64,000 bases of DNA. Origin: an uncultured bacterium. GTDB lineage: Bacteria > Actinomycetota > Thermoleophilia > Solirubrobacterales > 70-9. The notes under the pieces were generated by a model. The model saw nothing but the letters and a program-made list of their open reading frames with translations. It was not told the origin of the DNA and did no database searches. The translations under genes were made by a program, and so were the position numbers. Below, in pieces: positions 26,603 to 36,074 of the stretch. Location of the stretch: NCBI GenBank assembly GCA_963701205.1, contig OY969575.1:975932-1039931 (forward strand). The letters are read 5' to 3'. The stretch's first letter is position 1; every line of letters begins with the position of its first letter.

Positions 26603-27604
26603 CTAGGACCGATCGCCTGCAAGAGCGCGTTCAACCTCGGCGAGGATGCCGTCGCGGCGCTTGGCGTATGTGAACACCGTGCGAATCCGCTCGCGAGCGG
26701 CCATCCCGCCTTCCGGGCCAAGCGCGAGAGCCGCGCGGATCCCGTCGGCGATGGACGCGGGACTGGGGTCGGCGATCACCACGCCGGTCTCCCCCACGAC
26801 CTCAGGCAACGCTCCCGCCGGAGTCACCACGGGTACTGCTCCGGCGAGCATGGCCTCGGCCAGCGACATTCCAAACCCTTCGTGCACCGATGCCTGGACG
26901 TACACGGCGGTCGCGGCGAACAGGGCGTCCAGCTCCTCGTCTGCGAGAAATCCTGTCACGCGGACGTTCGGCAGCGCCTGCGCCGCCAGCCCTGGCCCCA
27001 CCTTGTCGGTCCAGGCGCCGGCGAGCACGAACTGGACCTCTGGTAGTTCCGCGGCTGCCTCGATGAACGGGCCGTGTCCCTTGCGAGCCAGGTTGAGTTC
27101 GTACACGACCCCGACCGTCAGGGCCATGCGCCGCCGCGGCGGCGCCGTAGGGGCTCCTGAGAAGCGGTCGGGAATGCCATGGTGGACAACCCTGACCCGG
27201 CCGGGATCGATCTCGGTGTTGGCGGCGATCTCGTCCAGCGTGTAATCGGAGTTCGTCACCAGCCGCGTTGCGGCGGCCACGGTCGAGTGGACGAGGCGGC
27301 GGCGGATGCCTCCCCGTTGCGATCCGTAGCCGATTTCCGGTACCGCGGCCGTGTCGAAGCCGCCGAAGATCAAGAGCGATGGCGTGCGGCGCATCCGCGC
27401 GAATCGAAGGGCAAGAGCGGTGTGCCAGGAGGCGAACCAGCCGACGACCACGTCGCAACGTCCAATCGCCCGCCACAGCTCGATCGGCCGCGGGCGAATG
27501 CTCGGCTGCATGTACTCCACGACCTCGTGGCGCTCCTCCAGGGCCTCGCGGTCGATTCGGGTAAAGGTGTTTCGGCGGCTGATTACGTAGAGGACCTTGG
27601 CCAT
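26603..27604 (-). CDS. glycosyltransferase family 4 (GT-B)
   Basis: 333-aa ORF. C-terminal GT4 signature (VYVQASVHEGFGMSLAEAMLAGAVPVVTPAGALPEVV). First gene of the minus-strand glycan unit. Confidence 0.8.
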   Translation of the reverse strand: MAKVLYVISRRNTFTRIDREALEERHEVVEYMQPSIRPRPIELWRAIGRCDVVVGWFASWHTALALRFARMRRTPSLLIFGGFDTAAVPEIGYGSQRGGIRRRLVHSTVAAATRLVTNSDYTLDEIAANTEIDPGRVRVVHHGIPDRFSGAPTAPPRRRMALTVGVVYELNLARKGHGPFIEAAAELPEVQFVLAGAWTDKVGPGLAAQALPNVRVTGFLADEELDALFAATAVYVQASVHEGFGMSLAEAMLAGAVPVVTPAGALPEVVGETGVVIADPSPASIADGIRAALALGPEGGMAARERIRTVFTYAKRRDGILAEVERALAGDRS

Positions 27605-27618
27605 GGCCTTCCAGTCTG

Positions 27619-28335
27619 ATGCACGGGACCTCGAAACGGCGCTCCTCGGGGGAAGCTTTGCAGGGAGTTATCCTCCGACCGATCCTGACGCCTTACGCAT
27701 CCGTTACCGATTTCTTCCTTGACCCGATCGTCGAGGTCGCGACCGACTTCATCGATTCGGTCGGGCTGATCGGCGTCTTCGTGCTGATGCTCCTGGAGAG
27801 CGCGTGCATTCCGGTGCCGAGCGAGGCGATCATGCTGTTCGCCGGCTTCAGCGTCTCCGAAGGAGACCTGACGCTTTTCGGAATCGTCGCCGCCGGGGTC
27901 CTGGGCAACGTCGTCGGTTCCTGGATTGCCTGGTGGGCCGGCTACTACGGCCGGCTTGAGCTGCTCGAGAAGAACCGGCTGATCCACCTCAACCCCAAGC
28001 ACCTGGCCTGGGCCGACGGCTGGTTTCAGCGCCACGGCGATGCGACGGTGTTCTTCACTCGCATGATGCCGATCATCCGGACCTTCATCTCGCTGCCCGC
28101 CGGAGTCGCCCGGATGCCGTTTTGGCGGTTCAGCCTGTTGACGCTCGCGGGCTGCATCCCCTGGGTCCTGATGCTTGGCCTGATCGGGCGCTCCGTGGGC
28201 GACAACTGGGAGCAGTGGCGCGACAACCTGCACTACCTCGACTACGCGGTGGTCGTGGCCGTTTTGGTCGGGCTCGTATACCTCTTGGTCCAGCGCCGCC
28301 GCTCGCGTACGCCCGCCGACACGCCGGAGGTCTGA
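27619..28335 (+). CDS. DedA-family membrane protein
   Basis: 238-aa ORF. DedA/SNARE-associated motifs (FVLMLLESACIPVPSEAIMLFAG, FFTRMMPIIRTFISLPAGVARM). True start may be TTG 27658. Confidence 0.75.
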   Translation: MHGTSKRRSSGEALQGVILRPILTPYASVTDFFLDPIVEVATDFIDSVGLIGVFVLMLLESACIPVPSEAIMLFAGFSVSEGDLTLFGIVAAGVLGNVVGSWIAWWAGYYGRLELLEKNRLIHLNPKHLAWADGWFQRHGDATVFFTRMMPIIRTFISLPAGVARMPFWRFSLLTLAGCIPWVLMLGLIGRSVGDNWEQWRDNLHYLDYAVVVAVLVGLVYLLVQRRRSRTPADTPEV

Positions 28336-28340
28336 CCCAC

Positions 28341-29165
28341 ATGCCGGCCGGACCGGCGGCATTCGAGCTCCGCACAGTTCACGCAGTTGCGCTGGGGCTT
28401 CTCCAGGGACCAACGGAACTACTCCCGGTCTCAAGCTCAGCGCACATCTCCCTGCTCCCGTGGTTTTTGGGCTGGCCCTGGCACCAACTCGACGCCGAGG
28501 GCCGCAAGAGCTTCGAGGTTGCTCTCCACGGCGGCACCGCTGCCGCCCTGCTGATCGGGCTGCGGACTGAGATCGCGGGCGAGTTGCGAGCGTTCGACTC
28601 CCGCCGCGCAGCGGTCGTCGGGCTCTCGTTTGCCGTTCCTGCGGCTGCCGGTTTGGCTTTCGAGCGCTCCATCGAGCGCTTGGGGACCCCCCGCGCCAGC
28701 GCCGCTGGCCTGACCGTGGGAGCGCTGCTGATGCTCGCCGCCGACCGCGTCCCGCAGCAGCGCGGACCGGGCGATGCGGGCCCCGCCGATGGGTTGGCGC
28801 TTGGATTGGCCCAGGCCGCGGCGCTCATTCCCGGCGTCTCGCGCAATGGCGCGACGCTGACCGCAGCCAGGGCGCGTGGGTTCACCCGAGAGCAATCGAA
28901 CCTGCTCTCGCGAACGGTCGCGCTACCCGTGATCGTCGGCGCGGTAGCGCTCAAGGGCGCCCGCCTACGGCGGCGCGGGATCACCGCGGGCACCGGTCGC
29001 ACGCTTGCGGTGGGAGCCCTGGCGTCGTTTATCTCAACGCTCGCATCACGGCCGCTGCTTGGCCTCGTCAACCGCGGGCTCTGGCCGTACGCCCTGTATC
29101 GAATCGTGCTCGCCACGCTGGTGCGCGTTGGCGCGGCCCGCGGCGCTTCCCGAGGGCAGTCGTAA
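28341..29165 (+). CDS. uppP: undecaprenyl-diphosphate phosphatase
   Basis: ORF 28122..29165. ATG 28341 is 5 nt after the dedA stop. BacA/UppP motifs (GLLQGPTELLPVSSSAHISL, PGVSRNGATL). Confidence 0.85.
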   Translation: MPAGPAAFELRTVHAVALGLLQGPTELLPVSSSAHISLLPWFLGWPWHQLDAEGRKSFEVALHGGTAAALLIGLRTEIAGELRAFDSRRAAVVGLSFAVPAAAGLAFERSIERLGTPRASAAGLTVGALLMLAADRVPQQRGPGDAGPADGLALGLAQAAALIPGVSRNGATLTAARARGFTREQSNLLSRTVALPVIVGAVALKGARLRRRGITAGTGRTLAVGALASFISTLASRPLLGLVNRGLWPYALYRIVLATLVRVGAARGASRGQS

Positions 29166-29180
29166 CAGTAATCTGGCCGC

Positions 29181-30185
29181 ATGAGCCAGGACGCCTACGC
29201 AACGGCCGGGGTCAGCCAGCGCCATGCGGATGCGTCGGTGAGTGCGCTCGTCGCACACCTTGCCCAGATCGATACCGGCAAGCCGTCACGCGTGGTTCCC
29301 CTTCCGGGGCACTACGCGTCCGTGGTGCGTATCGACGACGAGACCGGGATCGCGTTCGGGACGGATGGCGTTGGTACCAAGATGGTCGTCGCCGAGCGAC
29401 TGGGCCGCTTTGAGACGATCGGCATCGATTGCGTCGCAATGAACGTCAACGACTTGATCTGCGTTGGCGCCGAGCCGATCGCGCTACTCGACTTCATCCT
29501 CTGCCGCAGCGCCGATCCAGAGATCTGCGGTCAAATCGGCATCGGCTTGCGAGCCGGAGCCGAACAGGCCGGAGTTGAGATTCCCGGGGGCGAGATCGCG
29601 CAGGTAGGCGACGTCGTATCGGGGTGGGAGCTGGCGGCGTCGGCGATCGGCCTCGTCGGCCTTGATCGAATCGTTACTGGAGATCGGATCGCGGCGGGCG
29701 ACGTGTTGATCGGGATCCCCTCGTCGGGACTCCACTCAAACGGCTACACCCTCGCTCGCAAGGTCCTTGCCGATATCCCTCTCGACGACGAACGGCTTGG
29801 CCGCCCGCTGGGCGAGGCCCTGCTTGAGCCGACGACGATCTACGTCCGCGCGGTTAGCGAGCTGCTCGCGTCCGAGGCCGACGTACACGGGCTGGCCCAC
29901 ATCACGGGAGATGGCCTCAACAACCTGCTGCGGCTCTCCGATTCGGTTGGCTACGAGATCACCCACCCACTCGAGGTGCCTGGCGTATTCAGCCTGATCC
30001 AAGCCGAAGGCGAAGTCGCCGATGCCGAGATGCACGAGGTCTTCAACATGGGGCTTGGCTTCGTCTGCGTCGTGGCGGCAGCCGCCGCCGACCGGGCCGT
30101 CACCGTCCTTGCCTCGCACCACGCCGGGACCCGCGTGATCGGGTCCGTTACCGATCGCGCCGGCAGCGTCGAGCGCGTGGCGTAG
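29181..30185 (+). CDS. purM: phosphoribosylformylglycinamidine cyclo-ligase (AIR synthase, PurM-like)
   Basis: 334-aa ORF. PurM-type motifs (TDGVGTKMVVA, IGIDCVAMNVNDLICVGAEPIALLDF, GGEIAQ, SSGLHSNGYTLARKVL). No other pur genes nearby. Confidence 0.7.
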   Translation: MSQDAYATAGVSQRHADASVSALVAHLAQIDTGKPSRVVPLPGHYASVVRIDDETGIAFGTDGVGTKMVVAERLGRFETIGIDCVAMNVNDLICVGAEPIALLDFILCRSADPEICGQIGIGLRAGAEQAGVEIPGGEIAQVGDVVSGWELAASAIGLVGLDRIVTGDRIAAGDVLIGIPSSGLHSNGYTLARKVLADIPLDDERLGRPLGEALLEPTTIYVRAVSELLASEADVHGLAHITGDGLNNLLRLSDSVGYEITHPLEVPGVFSLIQAEGEVADAEMHEVFNMGLGFVCVVAAAAADRAVTVLASHHAGTRVIGSVTDRAGSVERVA

Positions 30186-30245
30186 CCCGGGCCGGGAATC
30201 TGACGAAGTGGCGGCGGGTTGGGCGCATAGGATTCGGGTGCTGCC

Positions 30246-31769
30246 ATGAACGCCGACGGAATTCCACTGAGCGGTACGGGCCTGATCGGGACCGTGCTTT
30301 CCGGGCGCTACCGGCTCGAATCGAAGCTCGGGTCCGGTGGGATGTCAACCGTCTTTCTGGCTTTGGACGAGACGCTTCAGCGCCACGTCGCGGCCAAGGT
30401 GTTGCACCGCGAGATGTCCGATCAGCCCGACCAGATCGAACGTTTCCGCCGCGAGTCGCGCGCCGTTGCCCAGCTCTCTCATCCAAACGTGGTCTCCGTC
30501 ATCGACGCCGGCGATGACGCCGGGCACCCATACATCGTCTTCGAGTACATCGAGGGCGAGACGCTGAAGCAGCGGATCGACCGGTTCGGGCGCCTCGCAC
30601 TCGACGAGGCCGCGGCCTACGCAATCGAGATCGGTCGCGGCCTGATGGCTGCCCACCAGGCCCAGCTGGTGCACCGCGACGTCAAGCCCCAGAACGTCCT
30701 GATCGATCCGGAAGGCAGGGCCAAGGTCACCGACTTCGGCATTGCGCTGTCGCTGGACTCCGACGGCCTGACCAAGACTGGCCGCGTCCTGGGCACGACG
30801 GACTACGTTTCGCCGGAGCAGGCGATGGGCCGCGAGGTTGACGCGCGCTCAGATGTCTACTCGCTGGGAATCCTGCTCTACGAGATGCTTCACGGCGACG
30901 TTCCGTTCAAGGCAGAGACCGTGGTTGCCGTTGCTATGAAACACGTCAACGACCCGATGCCGGAGATTCAGGCGTCGCGTCCAGGGTGCTCGGCGGCGCT
31001 ATCCGCGGTGATCGAGCACGCCACGCATAAGGAGCCAAAGAGGCGCTACGCGACGATGGCCGCGATGCTGGCTGACCTCGAGGCAGCGTTGGAAGTCGAG
31101 ATCTCGCGCGCGGGTGGATCCTCCGGCGAAGCGACAACGGTGCTCGACTCCGTGCCTTCGCGGCAGCGGATCCTCAGCTCGCGATCGGTCTCAATCGCGG
31201 GCATTCTGCTCGTGCTGGCCGGCGTCCTGGCCGCGCTGGCGCTGGTCGAGCTAGGCGGCGAGAGTCGCACGCCCAACGACGAGAAGACGCCCGCGCTGTC
31301 AGGCGGCGAGCTGGCGCTTGGGTCGCCACAGGACTTCGATCCCTTTGGCGACAGCGAGGAGCACGGCGATGAGGTCGGCCTGGCGCTGGACGGAAATCCC
31401 AGCACGTCCTGGACCACCGAGACCTACACGAACTCGCCGGCGCTGCCCGACGCTGGCAAGGATGGAGTCGGGTTGATCCTCGACACGGGCGCAACCGTGA
31501 GCGGCCGCAGAATGGAGGTCAGCACCCAAGATCCGGGCTGGACGGCCGAGATCTACGGCGCGGTCGAGGGCCCGCCCACGGACCTTGCCGGCTGGGGCGC
31601 GCCGATCAGCGCTCCGTTCACGACAGCCGATGAGCTCACGACGGTCGAGCTCACGACGTCCGAATCGCGTTACTACCTGGTCTGGATCACGGGGTTGACC
31701 GAGAACTCCGAACCGCGGGGAATCAGCGGATTTTTCGCCTCAGTCGGCGACATCACCCTGTACGAGTAG
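30246..31769 (+). CDS. Hanks-type Ser/Thr protein kinase with single TM and discoidin/CBM-like ectodomain
   Basis: 507-aa ORF. Kinase motifs intact (LGSGGMSTVF, VAAKVL, HRDVKPQNVLI, DFGIA, SPEQA), one TM (IAGILLVLAGVLAALALV), C-terminal DGNPSTSWTTETY...RYYLVWITGL. Confidence 0.85.
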   Translation: MNADGIPLSGTGLIGTVLSGRYRLESKLGSGGMSTVFLALDETLQRHVAAKVLHREMSDQPDQIERFRRESRAVAQLSHPNVVSVIDAGDDAGHPYIVFEYIEGETLKQRIDRFGRLALDEAAAYAIEIGRGLMAAHQAQLVHRDVKPQNVLIDPEGRAKVTDFGIALSLDSDGLTKTGRVLGTTDYVSPEQAMGREVDARSDVYSLGILLYEMLHGDVPFKAETVVAVAMKHVNDPMPEIQASRPGCSAALSAVIEHATHKEPKRRYATMAAMLADLEAALEVEISRAGGSSGEATTVLDSVPSRQRILSSRSVSIAGILLVLAGVLAALALVELGGESRTPNDEKTPALSGGELALGSPQDFDPFGDSEEHGDEVGLALDGNPSTSWTTETYTNSPALPDAGKDGVGLILDTGATVSGRRMEVSTQDPGWTAEIYGAVEGPPTDLAGWGAPISAPFTTADELTTVELTTSESRYYLVWITGLTENSEPRGISGFFASVGDITLYE

Positions 31770-32741
31770 CTAGAAGGAGTGGCTGCGCTCGTCGGCGTAG
31801 CGCTCCACTGCCAGGGTCACAAGCCGATCGCAGAGCTCGGGATAGCCGACCCCGGAGGCCTCCCAGAGCTTGCCAAACACGCTGGTCTCGGTAAAGCCGG
31901 GGATCGTGTTGATCTCGTTGACAAGGACCTCGCCGCTTTTGGCGACGAAGAAGTCGCAGCGTGCCAGCCCTCGGCCACCGATAGCTCGAAACACTCCGGC
32001 GGCCATCTCGCGCACGCTGGCGATCGCCACATCTCCGATCGGCGCCGGGACCGCCAGCTCCATCCCGCCCGCGGTGTACTTCGCCTCGTAGTCGTACCAC
32101 TCCGCGCCCTGGGTCACGATCTGGCCCGGCAGCGAAGTCTCGGGTTGGTCATTGCCGATCACGGAGCACTCCACCTCGACGCCGGGGCAATGAGCCTCGA
32201 CGATGACTCGCGGGTCGTGGCGTCGGGCCAGCTCGACCGCGGTGTCGAGGTCGTTGGCGATCTCGTCAACCCGCGAGATACCGACGCTCGACCCCAATCG
32301 CGACGGCTTCACCCAGACCGGTGTGCCCATGGCTGCGACCGAATCGCGCCAGCCCTCCTCACCCGCCTGGCAGAAGGCGACCTGGGGAAAGGCGTGGAAG
32401 GCCAGGAGCTGTTTGCAGACAAGCTTGTCGATCGCGACAGCCGCGGCAAGAACGCTTGGGCCGGCGTAGGGAAGGTCAAGGCACTCGAGGAGCCCCTGCA
32501 CCGTGCCGTCCTCGCCGAACGGGCCGTGCAGCACCGGAAACGCGACCTCGCACCCCTCCAGGCCGCCGGCCGCGCGCAACGGGATATCGGAGCCGTCGCG
32601 AAGCCAGCGCCCGTCGGGGGTGATCAGGATCTCGACAACCTCGTGGCCCGCCTCCCGCAGCCCGCCGGCGACGGATTTACCGGAGCGCAGCGAGACATCG
32701 TGTTCGGACGAGCGTCCGCCGCTGATCACCGCCACCTTCAT
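31770..32741 (-). CDS. ddl: D-alanine--D-alanine ligase (copy 1, last gene of the kinase operon)
   Basis: 323-aa ORF. Ddl motifs (MKVAVISGGRSSEHDVSLRSG, VLHGPFGEDGTVQGLLE, VKPSRLGSSVGIS, EINTIPGFT). ATGA overlap with the pknB stop. Confidence 0.85.
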   Translation of the reverse strand: MKVAVISGGRSSEHDVSLRSGKSVAGGLREAGHEVVEILITPDGRWLRDGSDIPLRAAGGLEGCEVAFPVLHGPFGEDGTVQGLLECLDLPYAGPSVLAAAVAIDKLVCKQLLAFHAFPQVAFCQAGEEGWRDSVAAMGTPVWVKPSRLGSSVGISRVDEIANDLDTAVELARRHDPRVIVEAHCPGVEVECSVIGNDQPETSLPGQIVTQGAEWYDYEAKYTAGGMELAVPAPIGDVAIASVREMAAGVFRAIGGRGLARCDFFVAKSGEVLVNEINTIPGFTETSVFGKLWEASGVGYPELCDRLVTLAVERYADERSHSF

Positions 32742-34606
32742 CGCCTGGATCCTCGCTCACGGGGGGACTGCTCGTCGGGCGGAGGATTCGGATCGACCGG
32801 CACCACGGGCTCGACGTAGACGGCGACAAAGATCGTGATCAGGTCGCCCGACCTGACTCGCGTTCCGGCCGACGGGGCCTGGTCGGTGACACGGTCATCC
32901 ATCGTCTCGTCGTCGGTCTCCTGCTCGACAACCTTGATGTTTCGAGCGCCGCGACTCTCGAGCGTTGATACGGCATTGTCGCGAAGCTGGCCCTCGACGT
33001 TGGGGACCACCACCGTCCCGGCCCCGTTGGAGACGATGAGGATCACTTCCTCCCCCTTGGTCAATTGCGATCCTGGCCCGGGATCTTGGCCAATCACCTC
33101 GTTCGCCGGGGCGTCGGAGTTCTCCGTCTCGACGTTGGGTACGAACCCCAGTCGCCGCGCCTCGGCTGACGCCTCCGTCTCGGTCATGCCGATAAAGCTG
33201 GGGAGTTCAACCAGGTTGGCCCCCTTGGACGCAAACAGCGTCACAACGGTTTCACACTCAACCCGGTCGCCGACCGAAGGCGAGGTTCGAACGACCGTTC
33301 CGGGCTTGGCGTTGTTGGAGAAGGCCTCCTTGTCGCGAACCTGCAGGTTCTCCTCCTGCAGGAGCTTGGTCGCGCGGTCAAGCCGCATGCCGATCACGTC
33401 AGGTGGTACCGAGACGCTCAATCCGAGGCTTACCGAGAGCTGGACGGTCGCACCCTTGTCGGTGTCTGTCCCGGCCGCCGGATCCTGCTCGGCGACGGTA
33501 TTCGGCTCGTCGCAACTCTCGAAATTCGATGTCTCGACCGCAAAGCCCTTTGCCGTCAGAATCCGCGTTGCCTCCGATTGCGTTTCGCCGATTACCGTCG
33601 GCACCGTGACCTGCTGGGATCGGGTTAAGGCGAACGCGATCAACGCCCCGATCAACGCGGCGATCAGCGCGAGGGCGATCAGCTTCTTACGGTTGTCGGG
33701 CTCCTCGTCGGCGATTTGATCGGGGGCGATTGGCGCCGCCGCAGCGACCGCCGGTATCGCCGCGGGATAGACCGCGGTGCCAGCCGCCGGATCCTCTTCG
33801 GCGGCGTCGAGGGCGGCAAGGAACTCGCCGGCGCTTTGAAACCTTGCGTCCGGGGACTTTGCGAGCGCTCGGAGGACGACGGCGTCAAGCGCGGGAGATA
33901 CGTCGGGGTTGAGCCGGCTGGGAGGCTGGGCCTGCTCAGAGACCTGCTTGAGCGCGATCGCAACAACTGTTTCGGCGTCAAACGGAACGCGCCCGGTCAG
34001 CGCCTCGTAGAGAATCACGCCCACTGAGTAGAGGTCGGATGTCGCGTTCGTCTCAAATCCCTGCGCCTGCTCCGGCGAGAGGTACTGCGCCGTCCCAAGC
34101 ACCGATCCGGTCTGCGTGATCTCCGACGCGCCCGCCCGTGCGATCCCGAAATCCGTGACGCGGGCCCTTCCCTCGGCATCAACGAGGACGTTGTGCGGCT
34201 TCAGGTCGCGGTGCACGATGCCGCGCTCGTGGGCGAACCGCGCGCCGGCGAGGATCTGGCGCACGATCTCGACCGATTCCGCGACGGTCAGACCGCGGGC
34301 GATCAGGTCCTTGAGGGAAGCGCCCTGGACGTATTCCATCGCGATCCAGTTGCTGCCCTCGAACTCGCCGCGGTCATAGACCGAAACGACGTTTGGGTGC
34401 TGCAGTCCAGCGGCGGCCTGTGCCTCGCGGCGGAAGCGCTCGATGAACTGGGCATCCTGCGCATAGCGCTCGTGCAGGAACTTGAGCGCGACCGCCCTGC
34501 CCAGCATCGCGTCGTCAGCCGACCACACGTCCGCCATACCGCCGCTTCCGATCCGCTCGATCAGCGTGTAGCGCTCGCCGACTTTCTGTCCTCGTTCAAA
34601 GCGCAT
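32738..34606 (-). CDS. pknB: PASTA-domain Ser/Thr protein kinase
   Basis: 622-aa ORF. Kinase motifs (IGSGGMADVW, VALKFL, HRDLKPHNVLV, DFGIA, SPEQA), one TM, four PASTA-like repeats (e.g. VPTVIGETQSEATRILTAKGF...). Confidence 0.9.
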   Translation of the reverse strand: MRFERGQKVGERYTLIERIGSGGMADVWSADDAMLGRAVALKFLHERYAQDAQFIERFRREAQAAAGLQHPNVVSVYDRGEFEGSNWIAMEYVQGASLKDLIARGLTVAESVEIVRQILAGARFAHERGIVHRDLKPHNVLVDAEGRARVTDFGIARAGASEITQTGSVLGTAQYLSPEQAQGFETNATSDLYSVGVILYEALTGRVPFDAETVVAIALKQVSEQAQPPSRLNPDVSPALDAVVLRALAKSPDARFQSAGEFLAALDAAEEDPAAGTAVYPAAIPAVAAAAPIAPDQIADEEPDNRKKLIALALIAALIGALIAFALTRSQQVTVPTVIGETQSEATRILTAKGFAVETSNFESCDEPNTVAEQDPAAGTDTDKGATVQLSVSLGLSVSVPPDVIGMRLDRATKLLQEENLQVRDKEAFSNNAKPGTVVRTSPSVGDRVECETVVTLFASKGANLVELPSFIGMTETEASAEARRLGFVPNVETENSDAPANEVIGQDPGPGSQLTKGEEVILIVSNGAGTVVVPNVEGQLRDNAVSTLESRGARNIKVVEQETDDETMDDRVTDQAPSAGTRVRSGDLITIFVAVYVEPVVPVDPNPPPDEQSPRERGSRR

Positions 34607-34607
34607 G

Positions 34608-36074
34608 TCAGCCCGCCAGCGCGTCCATTACCTGGGTTGCAATCGGTCCCGCGACGGCGCCGCCGGAGCAACCGGTGCAGCGCTCAAGCATCGCGGCGAC
34701 CACGATCTGCGGGTCTTCAGCCGGCGCGAAACCTATGAACCACGGCCGGTTGACGGAAGTGGCAACGTCGATCTCAGCCGTGCCGGTCTTGCCCGCAAGT
34801 TGGCCCAGGCTCGTTGAGAGTCCGGCAGCCGTGCCCTCGTTGGCGACGTTGACCATCATCTGGGCGACGGTGCTCGCCGTCTCGGCGCTCATCACGCTCG
34901 CTTGCTTGTCCGGGTCAAGCTGCTCGACCTCGCGGCCGTCTTGATCGGTCGCGCTCAGCAGGAATGTCGGCTTCATCAACTCGCCGCCGTTGGCCACTGC
35001 GGCTGCGACCTGGGCCATCTGCGTGGGCGTGGCAAGCAGGCGCTCCTGGCCAATCGCCACGCGGCCAACGTCGATCAGATCCGCGGCGGTCAGGAGGCTG
35101 CCGTCCTGGTAGATGCCACTTGCCTTCATCTCCTCGTCGGCGAAGTTCAATTCCGGGTCGGCGTTGAAGCCAAAGCGATCCATGTACTCAAGGTAGGTGT
35201 TGGCGCCGAGCTTCTCGCCCACCTGGGCCCAATAGGTGTTGACCGAGTTGGTTAGCGCCGTCGTCATATCAATGGTTCCGAAGTCCGCCCCGCCCGAGTT
35301 CGCAAGTGGGGCGCCTGAGATATCGATCCCCGAATCGGCGCTGAGCGTCGTCGTCGGCTCGAACTCCCCGGAATCGAGCGCCGCCACGGCGGTGACGACC
35401 TTCATCGTCGAGCCCGGCTCGAACGTTCCCTGGAGCGCGCGGTTGAAAAGCCCCGCGCCCGTCCCCTGCTGCGCGAGGTCGGAGAAGACCTCCTCGTCCT
35501 GAACGGCGTTCGGGTCGAACCCGGGAACCGAGGCCATCACCTTGATCGCACCCGTGGCAGGCTCGATCGCCACAACCGAGCCCGCGCCGGTCGTTCCGGG
35601 AACGGAGGCGAGGGCGCTCTCCAGGGCGTCGAGCGCCACTTGCTGGGCGCCTGCGTCGAGCGTCAGCTGAATGTCGGCGCCCTCGCGGGTCTTGTTCAAG
35701 AGTTCGTCGATCAAGGAGGCAAACTCGTTCTCGTCGCCGGTCAGTAGCTCGTTTTCGGCCAGTTCGATCCCGGTTCGACCGACGTCGACGAACGAGTAGC
35801 CGACCGGGTTCGAAAACAACTGGCCCTGCGGATAGCGGCGGACGTACACGCGCTGCGGCCCGCCGCCAGCAGAGACCGACTCAGCCAGCAGAACGCCGTC
35901 GGCACTGGTGATCTTCCCGCGCTTGATCTGCTGCTCTTCGATCAACGGCCGGCGGTTCTCGATATTGGCCTTGAGGTCGTCCGCCTCGAGCACCGACCAG
36001 CGCGACGTGAAGTACACAAGGCCCGAAAACAGGACCAGGATGAAGATGAAGACTCGGACGATCTGGGTGTTCAC
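34608..36074 (-). CDS. pbpA: class B penicillin-binding protein (transpeptidase)
   Basis: 488-aa ORF, GTG start in a GTGA overlap with the rodA stop. Transpeptidase motifs (PGSTMK, SVN, KTGTA). Confidence 0.85.
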   Translation of the reverse strand: MNTQIVRVFIFILVLFSGLVYFTSRWSVLEADDLKANIENRRPLIEEQQIKRGKITSADGVLLAESVSAGGGPQRVYVRRYPQGQLFSNPVGYSFVDVGRTGIELAENELLTGDENEFASLIDELLNKTREGADIQLTLDAGAQQVALDALESALASVPGTTGAGSVVAIEPATGAIKVMASVPGFDPNAVQDEEVFSDLAQQGTGAGLFNRALQGTFEPGSTMKVVTAVAALDSGEFEPTTTLSADSGIDISGAPLANSGGADFGTIDMTTALTNSVNTYWAQVGEKLGANTYLEYMDRFGFNADPELNFADEEMKASGIYQDGSLLTAADLIDVGRVAIGQERLLATPTQMAQVAAAVANGGELMKPTFLLSATDQDGREVEQLDPDKQASVMSAETASTVAQMMVNVANEGTAAGLSTSLGQLAGKTGTAEIDVATSVNRPWFIGFAPAEDPQIVVAAMLERCTGCSGGAVAGPIATQVMDALAG

